In this document: positions 15,401-27,400 of the stretch, one piece after another
Layout: the number at the start of each line of letters is the position of its first letter
How positions within the stretch are numbered: the stretch's first letter is position 1
From: Mytilus californianus
Lineage: Eukaryota
Length of the DNA: 64,000 bases
Reading direction: 5' to 3'
Assembly (NCBI RefSeq): GCF_021869535.1
Contig: NW_026262581.1
Location: 128,712,001 to 128,776,000 of the forward strand
Made by a program: the position numbers and the translations under genes
Notes under the pieces: generated by a model
What the model saw: the letters and a program-made list of their open reading frames with translations, nothing else
The model's database searches: none
Told to the model about the DNA's origin: nothing

Positions 15401-18400
15401 GAGGTGCTGACCAAGTGTTGTTACTTTGCAGTCGGTCCATCATCCAAGATGACTTAGTTTAACAAAGGACCTATGGGAAATACATACAAATGTCTTCTTT
15501 TAGAGAACCACTGAATGGAATGAAACCAAACATGGCATGAATGTTCCTTATGAGGTGATGACCATGTGTTGTTACTTTGTAGCCAATCCATCATCCAAGA
15601 TGGCCGCCATCGGGGAACTTAGTTTAACATAGGACCCTATGGGAAATACATACAAATGTCTTCTTTTAGAAAACCACTGAATGGAATAAAATTAAACAGG
15701 GCATGAATGTTCCTTATGAGGTGCTGACCAAGTGTTGTTACTTTGTATCCAATCCATCATTCAAGATGGCCGCCAGCGGGGGACTTAGTTTAACATAGGA
15801 CCCTATGGGAAATACATAAAAATGTCTTCTTTTAGAGAACCACTGAATGGAATGGAACCAAACATGGCATGAATCTTCCTTATGAGATGCTGACCAAGTG
15901 TTGTTACTTTGCAGTTGGTCCATCTTCCAAGATGGCCGCCAGCAGGGGACTTAGTTTAACATAGGACCCTATGGGAAATACATACAAATGTCTTCTTTTA
16001 GAGAACCACTGAATAGAATGAAACCAAACATGGCATGAATGTTCCTTATGAGGTGCTGACCAAGTGTTGTTACTTTGCAGTCGGTCCATCATCCAAGATG
16101 ACTTAGTTTAACAAAGGACCTATGGGAAATACATACAAATGTTTTCTTTTAGAGAACCACTGAATGGAATGAAACCAAACATGGCAAGAATGTTCCTTAT
16201 GAGGTACTGACCAAGTGTTGTTACTTTGCAGTCGGTCCATCATCCAAGATGGCCGACAGCAGGGGACTTAGTTTAACAAAGGACCTATGGGAAATACATA
16301 CAATGGAATGAAACCAAACATGGCATGAATCTTCCTTATGAGATGCTGACCAAGTGTTGTTACTTTGTAGCCGATCCATCATCCAAGATGGCCGACAGCG
16401 GGGGACTTAGTTTAACATAGGACCCTATGGGAAATACATACAATTGTCTTCTTTTAGAGAACCACTGAATGGAATGGAACCAAACATGGCATGAATGTTC
16501 CTTATGAGTTGCTGACCAAGTGTTGTTACTTTGCAGTCGATCCATCATCCAAGATGGCCGCTTAGGGGGGGGGGGGGGGGCTTAGTTTAACATAGGACCC
16601 TATGGGAAATACATACAAATGTCTTCTTTGAGAGTACCACTGAATGGAATGAAACCAAACATGGCATGAATGTTCCTTATGAAGTGCTGACCAAGTGTTG
16701 CTACTTTGTTGCCGATTTACTGTTCAAGATGGCCACCAGGATATTTTATTAAATAACAGGACCAATATTAATCAAAATTTGGCCTCAATCATTATTTGGG
16801 TATCTGTTATGATTTTTATCTATCTTTGCATGATTTCTAAAACCAAAGTAGAGTCAGGTGAGCGACACAGGCTCTTGAGAGCCTCTAGTTTGTATTGAGT
16901 TTAAGTAATGGTAATTTTTAATAATTGTCACTTACCCTTTTTCCAGATTATTTCAGCTATAAAGGGAAAATCGGTTACTTGTAAGTGAAATAAAAAAATG
17001 ATATCTAGGTAAACTTTTACATAGTAACAACTTTTTCAAAGCATTGTGTCATTTAATTCACAGTTATACCAGAAATCTGTATTGGAACCATTATTGAAGA
17101 GGGTAGAATCTGTTCAGGGGGATGCTCAGACTCTTGTACAAACATCAGCCCCTGGTGTCAATACCGGAGGCCTGGAATCAGATCTAGAAATTATGGTTGA
17201 TAAGTGGTCAGAACTGAATGAAAAGGTACAGAATACATATATTTCATTACTCTTAGGCTTTTGAATATGTATCTCTTTGAACTCCAAGTTTTGAATTAGA
17301 ATTTAGTTTGGATGACTATTTTTGTCATGTTATTAGATGTTTACGAGAAAATGATTAGCATCCATTAGTAGGAAATTAGCCAGAAAGAACTTTGTTTTAA
17401 TCGACTTTAATATACTACTTGGATCAAAAAATGTATGAAGCTTTTTCAACGGTGTTGAGATAGATCTAGTGACAACAAGCATGAATGTAGATAATAACTG
17501 CCCTTATAGAGAGGAGATTAGAAAAAATAAATAAAATTTGCCTGTTTAAGAAGAGGAAATGAAAAGCATTTCTTAGCTTCTAGATTATAACTAACAGCTT
17601 GTTGCATGAATTTTAGGTGCTGGAACGTGAACATAACTTGGACAATGCATTGTTACAAGCTGGTAAATTCAATGATGCTTTAGACTCACTACTGAGTTGG
17701 CTTAAAGAAACTGAAGATATGGTACAGAACCAAAAATCCCCATCCACTGACTACAAAGTGGTTAAAGCTCAATTACAAGAACAAAAAGTAAGTAAGAAAG
17801 TGGTGATGACTGGTGATAAGTGATGTGACTTGTACATTTAATACCATTTTGTACTATATGTTTTCATTGTTGAAGTAAGGATTCAAACTTTAAAAAGTGA
17901 TTATCATTTGTAAAATGAATATAGAACTAATATTTGTTTCAACAGTGGAAATTAATAATCAATTATAAAATTATCAAATTTACAAAATCACAAAACAGAT
18001 AGCTTAAATGTATTCAACATTTTAAGAGGGATAATTTAAGACTGGACAGTTCACTATTTAGATACAGCATCTTGATGAAGTAAATTTATCGAACAAAACA
18101 TTTTTTCATTAGCTGATAAAAGATCAAATTATACTGCCATTGTTTTCAGTTCTTGATGAAGATGTTAGACGACAGAGAAAGTAGTGTTAAATCAGCTAAA
18201 CAACTTGCTGATAATCTATTGAAAAACCTCGACTCCAGAGAACAAAAGGCTATACAGAATCAATCAGCCCAGTTACAGCAACGATGGGATGTGTTACGTC
18301 AGAATGCTGCTAATCGTTTAGACAAGTTAGAGGACGTGGTTGGATTAGCTAGGGACTACCAGGAAGTCAGGGACCCTCTGTGTCAGTGGCTAGACATGAC

Positions 18401-21400
18401 AGAGAAAAAGTTTGCTGCTTTGGAACCATCAGCAATGGATACTGAAGGCATAGAAAATATCATTACTTCACTAAAGGTAACTATTTATATCTCAATTTAG
18501 ATTTCTATGGTTAAAATTTATAGTTTTATATGTGTCATCTTTAAATGTATTATTTAATTCAGTTGATTTAGAGAAATATATTATTATAAGCTCAGTTTAT
18601 TTGAAATATTATTAAACCCATGTTACGGAAATTGTCTTTAGAAAGAATAAATCCACTAGTTTTTAGGCATTTGATATGTTTCATTATCAGATTTATAAAT
18701 ATTTTGTGTAAGAGTGCTAAATAATTGCGTAATTACAGGATATGGAAGCTGACATTGCTAACCAAGAATACAACTTCCAGAACTTAGGAGATAAATCTGA
18801 CAACTTACAGAAATATTGTTCAGGTATACATTTCTATATACTAAATACTTTTGTATAATAATAGACTGTGTGGGTGAAAAAGAGAGACCTTAATACAAGC
18901 ACAAAATGTTGTCATGACTTTACTAAACTTGAATAATTTTATTTAGTAAACTTAAAGAGCATATTATAAGTTGATGGTAGTATAAGTCAACAGAATTTGA
19001 TCCTATTATTTTGAGTCGATTAAGAAGGATATTCTAGAATAAGACCAGCAATTATAATATCGTCATGGATGGATTATTTATAACCATATTTGAAGTGGAA
19101 ATTAAGAGGATGAGATGTTAATATTACAAGCAAATACTACATAGATATAAGGGACTTTCTCTTCAGTGTAACTTTCCATGTACTGTTTTGTAGAGAATTG
19201 ATTCTTCAAAATATAGAAATATTGTGTAGGTACTACTTTGTTTAACTAATTTTTAAGAACATAATGAATGAAATTCACTTTATATAGGTAAGTTTTAGGT
19301 CAGAGATTGAAATACTAAAAACCAAATATATATACAAAGTATGTTAAAGTTTAAACTAAAGAAATAATATTATAGGACAAGATGCTGATACATTAGATAA
19401 GAAAACTCAAGGATTCCAGAGTAGATTCTCAGATCTTTGTAACAAAGTCTCAGATTCTACTGAACAAATGGAAGAAGCATTACCTCTTGCCAAAAACTTT
19501 AATGAAGCACATGCCAAATTCTTAGACTGGGTCCTTTCAGTAGAACCACAACTAAGAGCCAAGGAAGCCACAGGACCAGAAGCTTTTGAACAAGTACAGG
19601 TAAGACCAACTATTAATAGTATTAAAATGACTAAGGAAAGTTTAAAGATTCAAGTCAAAAAATTATTCACAACACAATTACAAAAAGGCAAACCATGATA
19701 TAAATGTAGTTAGTTTAGCATTTGTTTATTTAAGAAAGAATTAATAGCAGGTTGTTGTTTAGTATTATTTCTATTCTAATATGAATAATAATAAAATACC
19801 AGAATTTGTGATCCTTTAAAAATTCAACATATTGTGAAGTTATTTTCTGTCTGTCATAAATCATTGAGTATATTAACATGGAGCATATCACAAAGTGAAA
19901 AATGAACATCATATAAGAATGAAATGTACATATGTATGAAATAAAGATACAGTAAACTGCTAAGATCTTGAATCCCATTGTTATCGATCCATGTTTTTCA
20001 CCTTTGAGCTGTGAACACAAAAATGAAAAAATTTTAATTTATGAAAACAGAATTGAAATTGAGGATGTTTTAAATTGTTTTCTTGAAGTACATCTACTTT
20101 TACTTTTGTTTTAGAACTTTGTTCAACAGTTACAAGAAATTCAGCCTGTGATAGAGACACTGAGTAATGATGGTAGCCTGTTAGCTGAGTTGGCTCCTGG
20201 TGATGCTGGACTTAGAGTAGAAGATACTATCAATAAAAACATGAAACGATACGATGCTGTGAATGACAATATACAGAGGAGGTCACAGAAACTTAGATCA
20301 ACAAAACAGAGGTCGTCTGAGGTAAGGTCAGGGGTCATATAAGATACATAATATAAAGGGCATATGAGGTATGAACAGCGTTCATGTAAGAGTTATAATT
20401 CAGAGGTCAAAATGCTGGATCCACAAAACAGGAGGTTATCTTTGAAAAGACCCATAAAGCATAGGTCAAAGGCATAAAACAAGAATCATCTGAATGAAGA
20501 AGTATACAAAATGGATTATGGAAGTTAAGATCTTTAAAACTGTGGTCATCTAAGATTAGAGCTATAAAACAAAAGGTTATCTTGAGTAAGATCCTGAAAA
20601 CAGATGTCAGAACCATAAAACTGTTATCATTTGAGGTACAATTTAAGAGTAAGAGTAGTATATAAATAATAGATGAGTTCTTTGGTTTTATTGCTATGTT
20701 AGCGTGTTGAGTTGCTTGGGAAGAACAGTTCTATATAAGATGTTACAAAATTGAAAGCTGATACAAACAAAATCTCTGAAATTTAACAAGTAAATGTTAA
20801 AAAGGTCAATGCTAGAAAAATCATGACAAAATATAAAAAGTAGTAATAAGTTTTATTAATGTTGTTTTTAGATTGTAAATGATATGAATGACTTGATAGA
20901 ATGGTTTGATGATGAAGCTAAAAAGATCAAAACTGCTGAATCTGTTAGTAGTGATCCTGTCAAACTCAACAAACAGATAGCTGAACAAAAGGTATGCTTC
21001 AAGTATACAGACAAATAGACTGGTCATCATGAATTATCATGTCATAAATGGCAAAAAGTTTCTACTTTTAAACAAGACTGTGTCTTAATGCACATGCATA
21101 GTAACATACTATAATGATAGAGCCAAATATCTGTTGACTTCATGTCTATTTTACATCTTTTAAAATTGTATTTCATGAGACCGGAATTTGCTTTGGAAAA
21201 CAGTAAATGCACTTACACATGTATACATGAATATCAATGCCATAAAAGTTTGATTAAATCATTTGAGCAACCATCATTGTAAATAATTTTACATATTACA
21301 GGCAATTAATGACGACATCAACAGCCAGAAAGCAAAAGCTAGAGAGTTCATTACCAAGGGTAAAAAGTTGTTACGAGAATCATCATTTGAGGATGATCCA

Positions 21401-24400
21401 CAATTAAGAGAAAGAGTTGAACATTTAAAACAGAAAGTAGATGCTGTAGGTAAACTAGGTGTAGACAGATTGAGTCAGCTAGAACAGACTCTCCCATTGG
21501 CTAAAGCTTTTTATGATACACATCAGGATCTGGTCACATGGTTCACAGAAGTTAATCCTACCCTTGCTGAGTTGGATGTTATGTCTATTGATGCAGATCA
21601 CGTAAAGAGACAACAAGATCAAGTCAAGGTATGACAAATACTTTATTTCAAACATATTTATTCAATTCATTTTTATTCGGAACAATTGTCACTAGTAAAG
21701 TTTTAAAAGTAATGAATGAACGAAACTCAAACAATATATCAACGCTTTATTTGTGCAAAGACACTACTATCATGACTTGCCAACAAACTTCTATGCATTA
21801 AGTAAATGATTTCGATTTAAATATGATGATCTCTATTTCATTAGGTATTAAAGCAAGAAGTACAAGACTACAAACCAGTGATTGACAGACTTAACAAGAC
21901 AGGAAATGCCTTGGTCAAACTTTGTGGTGAACAAGATTGTCTCAAGGTTCAGAAGATGCTTGATAAGGACAACAAAAAATTGGATGATATGCGAAACTCT
22001 CTGAGAGACAGATCAATGTCTATTGATGAAGCTTTGCAGCAATCAGCTGAGGTATATAACGAACACCAATTTAAACTTTAAACCTTATTTTTTTTAATTT
22101 TATAAATAAGATGTTACGATTTTAAGACTCTGAATTATAAAACACGAAAAAATTAGTGGACCCAGGAGGTGACTTAGAATATGATATTGATGCCTAATGA
22201 ATTATTAGCTGGAGCTTATTGTAACAGTAATCATATTGACTCCAAAATATTGTCAACAGACAGCTACACCTAGTCAAGACCACAGTAATTTATTTCAGTT
22301 TAATAATGTTTTAATAGTTTGTATCTACTGAATTCATACTGTTATTGTACACATATACAATACATTGATACTGCTAACACACACATATTCATGACCTTAT
22401 CAATAGTTTTTGTCCAAGGATTAAAAACTGAAGATTCAGAAATCATTTCATTTATGCAAAAATTATAAACACAATTTCATGAACTGCTGCAAATAACGAG
22501 ATTGTAATTTAAAATGACAGTCCAAATTAATGGAATACTAATCCTTTCTAAGTAGTAAAAATATAATATTTACCTGTTTGACTTCTAATTGTAGTTTACA
22601 GACAAATTGGAAGACATGTTAGAGACTTTAGCAACAACAAGTGAACAAGTAGAGAATGCTGAACCTGTGTCTGCCCATCCAGACAAACTGAAAGAACAAC
22701 TGGCAGAAAATAAGGTTACATTCGTTTGAATATTTCTGAAAAAAAAAAACCCATTCTATGCTATCACTCTTTTTTCAACTTTGAATCATAACAACATGTT
22801 TTACAATTACTTATTTCATTTATAAGTTCTAGCTGTGTGTTCAGACTGTTAAAGACAATATGCAGGTCCCTATCATATAACAAAAACAAAATAATTTAAG
22901 CTATCATTTGGAGATCGATTATACAATGATTTACCGCCTCGGTGGTCTCGTGGTAGCGTGTTCGCCTCAAGTGCGGGAGGTCGTGGGTTCGAACCCCAGC
23001 TGGGTCAAACCAAAGACTTTAAAATTGGTGTTTGCTGCTTTTCCACCATGCACGCGGCACTAAGGAGTAAGAGCAAAGACTGGTTGGCTCAGAGTCAGAA
23101 TAATGTGTCCAGGTAAGGTGATATGTCTTCCTGCGGACTGTTACCTTGTGTACTAGCACGTTAAAAATCCGGCTCAGCATGTCAGTCTAGTACAAAGCAG
23201 GGTTCTTATTTATATTACATTAACATGTTCTCATCCTGAATTTGCATATTAATTTGTCACTGGATGTTAAACAGCCATTCATCATCATCATTATACAATG
23301 ATTTCATTATTGCAGTGAGAAAGTTATCCAATGTTTGAATATATTTTCTAGTACTCAAGTGGAAGTTGACAAATCTCGAAAAATATTTTATAATACTAAA
23401 ATAAATTTAAATAAAAACTAATAGTACAAATATATTTGTAAAGTTTGAATGATTCTTATAGGCATTGTTGGAAGACATGGACATGAGACAGACTGCTTTA
23501 CAGTCCATTAAATCTACTGCTGAGGACCTTATTAATCAAGCTGGCAGTGACCAGGATGAAGCAGTCAAAGGTAAAATGTTCTTATATGGAATGCCTTGGA
23601 TTAATTTAATAAAAAATATGTTTAAAAGAAGGGACATAATAAAGAGATACTCTTTGATTTGTCTCCAAATAGTAAAGTTGATCCTTTCAGTAAATTCATT
23701 TGCTACTCGGACCTTTTTCGTTTTTTTGTATCAATATGTCACTGTTAAAAAGAAAAGCATTCTAAACAAATGTCTTCTGATTTTAGATGTACAACAAAAG
23801 TTGGGTGAACTGATAGATCTGTATGAGGGTATCAAGGATGCCACACATTCCCGTACTCAAGCTCTGGAAGAAACACTGGATGTGTCAGAACGATTCTGGG
23901 ATGACTTACATTCTCTGGCTGGTACAATCAAAGACCTACAAAATGCCATAATCCACCAAGAACCTCCTGCTTTAGAACCAGCAATCATTCGAGAACAACA
24001 GGATTACATGGAGGTACATTTCTTACTGCATATTTATCATTATGGGGGGGTAGGGGGTATGTAGATGTAGTGATTGGGATGTTCCCCCTTTCTTCCTACT
24101 TTTGTAACTGCTACTGCTTTTGAACCTTGACAGAATTTTTGAAACTTTTACAGAATCTTAATGATGTAGTTTTGCTCCTTCTATTTCATATCTTCATCCA
24201 GATTGTTTATGTGGTTTACTTTGGCATGATATGGACCTCTACATATCCACACACCATAGTGCACTTTCGTATATGCTTTCCTCCTTAACCCCTATTACAT
24301 TGTATTGAAATTTTCTTATATAAACCATGTAATGCCATTGTGCATCTCATATTTAGTTTTTTTATCCAAATTATTTTGAGGTTTCCCTAAACAAATTATT

Positions 24401-27400
24401 TCCTCTGCTTTATGTTGGGACAAGGGATATGATATTGTGAGCTTTGCTAGCAGTACCTCTAGTTATTAGTTTATTTTTCCTTGAATTTCCTAGTATATTG
24501 TAAACCACAAATTGAAATACTATATGAAATACCCATTATAATAGGAACAAATGAAAAAACCATGAAATAAATTATCCTCAAAATTACAACTTTTTAAAGT
24601 TGAATAAAACGATTCAGAAATAAACATTCTATACTTACAATTTACAGTCTCACTTTCTTTACAATTGATGTTTTGTGAAATGAGAAATGTTTTGACGTAT
24701 GAAGTTCCCATGATCAAACAAGACAAACATCATTTGTGAATTAGTATAATGGTATCTGTGAGGGAATATATATGTCTGCTTTTGTGTATTGTACATGTAA
24801 ATGCATCATTTGTTCAAAATTTAACATTGTTGTTCTGAATTGTATTCAAACACTGAAGAAATGATTTACTGATGAGACCTCATATTTAATTTTCAAAAAT
24901 GTTTATTACTAGGCACTGAAAGATGACATTGAAGCAACCCAGGCCGACATAGAAGATGTCAGTCAGACAGGGGAACAGTTGGTATCACTGTGTGGGGTTC
25001 CAGAAAGGCCAGAGGTGGAGAAGAATGTGAACGACCTTCAATTGACCTTAGGAAATGTGGCAGACAAGTTTGAGAAGAGATCTAAAGACCTCGAAGTAGC
25101 TCTGACCAAGGCTGTTCATTTCCAGGATGAACTGATGGTAGATATGACCTTTTGCAGTTTAATTTTGATTTACAATTTTATATTCAATCCTAAAAACTTC
25201 AGTTTTGCTGTGTCAGGCAAATTTCTTTTTTACCACCTTTTCTGTAAAAGAAACAGTGGCCATTGTACATTTTGGCACTTAGCATTCATAGACGAAGTTC
25301 AATCCAGAAAGAAATCTGAACATAGCAAAGCTATGTTTTGCCTGTATATGTAAAATTATTCATAGAATAACATATCAATTTTGTTCTTTTTAATTTCTTT
25401 CTGTATCACAAACCCCAATTCATGAAACTCATTGAATTGAAAATATTTCTTTAATATTTTTACATAATTTTGTTGTAACATTTACAATTTAAATTGATGT
25501 ATTACATCAATCAAGAAGACATGACAGACATGTTCTTGTGTTTCATTATAGAAAATATTAGTCTGGCTGCAGAAGAATGAGGTTAAAGTGAGAGAGTTTG
25601 GCAATGTTGGAACTGACTTTGATACCATCAAAATTCAGTGGAACCAAGTTAAAGTGAGTGAAATCAATTTGTAATATTGACTCTAACTTTTTATTTAACC
25701 CCGCCATGCATAAGATTTTAATTGGTTATTTTATATGGTAAATTATTGTTTAGGCTATCTGTCTAAAATAACCACCACCCATCAAATTTTAATAAAAATG
25801 CCTTTGAACCCCTCTCCATTAATTCTGGAAAAGCCGTAAGAAAGAAAAAAAGCATTCTGCAGTATCAGTACTGACTTTGATACCATAAATATATAACGGA
25901 ACTTAGTCCAGGTAGGTCAAAGCATTGTTTAATACATTAATTGATTGATTGGTGTTTAATGCTACTTTTAGGGCTATTGTGCAATTTCGTGGTGGTTAGT
26001 TTTTATAGGTGGAGGAAGCCGGAAAGAGAACCAACGACCTTATAATATGACGCAGGTTTCTTCAAAAGTGATGATTTTCTATAAATTGTTTGAAATTTCA
26101 CAGTGATATCATACTTTAACTTTGTTTAAACTTGTTTATTTACTTTTGACTTTAATTATTTATCCCTTGTAATTTTTTATTAACTGTGTATTTGCATTCA
26201 GGTGTCACAGGTCAAATTTTATTCGTTCATTGTGTGTTAATTTACGTTTTTTGATTGAGTTAAGCCTTCCAATTGATATTTTATAGTGTGTTTTTATTCT
26301 ATGTTGTGATGTTATACTATTGGTTCAGAAAAGGGAGAAGGTTTGGTACCATTAAAACATTTAATCCTGCTGCAAATGTTTGCACCTGTCCTAAGTCAGG
26401 AATCTGATTACAGTAGTTGTCGTCTGTTTATGTAGTTCATACGTGTTTCTCGTTTCTCTTTTTTATATAGATTAGACCGTTGGTTTTTCCGTTTGAATGG
26501 TTTTACACTAGTAATTTTTTGGGGCCCTTTATAGCTTGCTGTTCGGTGTGAACCAATGCTCCGTGTTGAAGGCCGTACCTTGACCTATAATGGTTTACTT
26601 TAATAAATTGTAACTTGGATGGAGAGTTGTCTCATTGGCACTCATACCATATCTTCCTATATCTAATTGGTAGAAAAACTGACAATTCTAGTCAATTAAG
26701 ATTGGAGTGAAAGCACCTGCCATGTGCAGGATTCGAACTCACAACCTCAGTGTTGACAGGCTAGTGATACAGTAGTTTGACTAATTAGACGACTTGGCCA
26801 CCGATGCCCTTGGTTAATACAGATATTGAATTCAAAAATCAAGTGTTTAGATGCTGTATTTTAAAATAATTTCTTTGTATTAATTCAGGACATGAAAGCC
26901 AAAATAGAACCAAAGCAAGTTGATGTAGAAGCATTAAATCAGAAAGCCAATGACCTTGCCAAGGACAGCACTCCAGAACAAGCAGCCATTGTTAAAGAAC
27001 CCATGTCAAGTGTCAACAAAAGATGGGATAATTTACTGGAGGGACTTGGAGATAGAGAGGTAATGTATTGACATTGATGAATAAAGGGTAAATTGATGCA
27101 ACATTAAGGGTTGGGAGATCAAAAGTTTATCTAAGAAGAAAAAAGGATGGAGTTTGAAGGACTGGGGTATAAGGAAGTTTTTTCTTTGGATTATTAAACC
27201 AGTTACAAGATATGCATTAGAATGTTAGAAATATTTGCAAATTGCAAATAATTTGCACTCAAGATTAGGTTCAAATGAAATTCTAGAGAGTAAATGGTAA
27301 AAATTTAGTAAGATATATATAGGAAGATGTTTTAATTACATTGTTTGAATTTCCATTTGCTCTTTGTTTAATGAACATTTCTTCCCTGAATTTTTTGTAT

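Noticed and set aside
13611-16548. Series of near-identical 61-77 aa minus-strand ORFs ([11 protein letters not shown]...)
   Set aside because: By-product of the 166-bp satellite monomer; no splice or codon signal, not a gene family
22933-23005. tRNA-like sequence with A and B boxes
   Set aside because: Continues into a SINE body, tail and TSD; no clean cloverleaf, so not a tRNA gene
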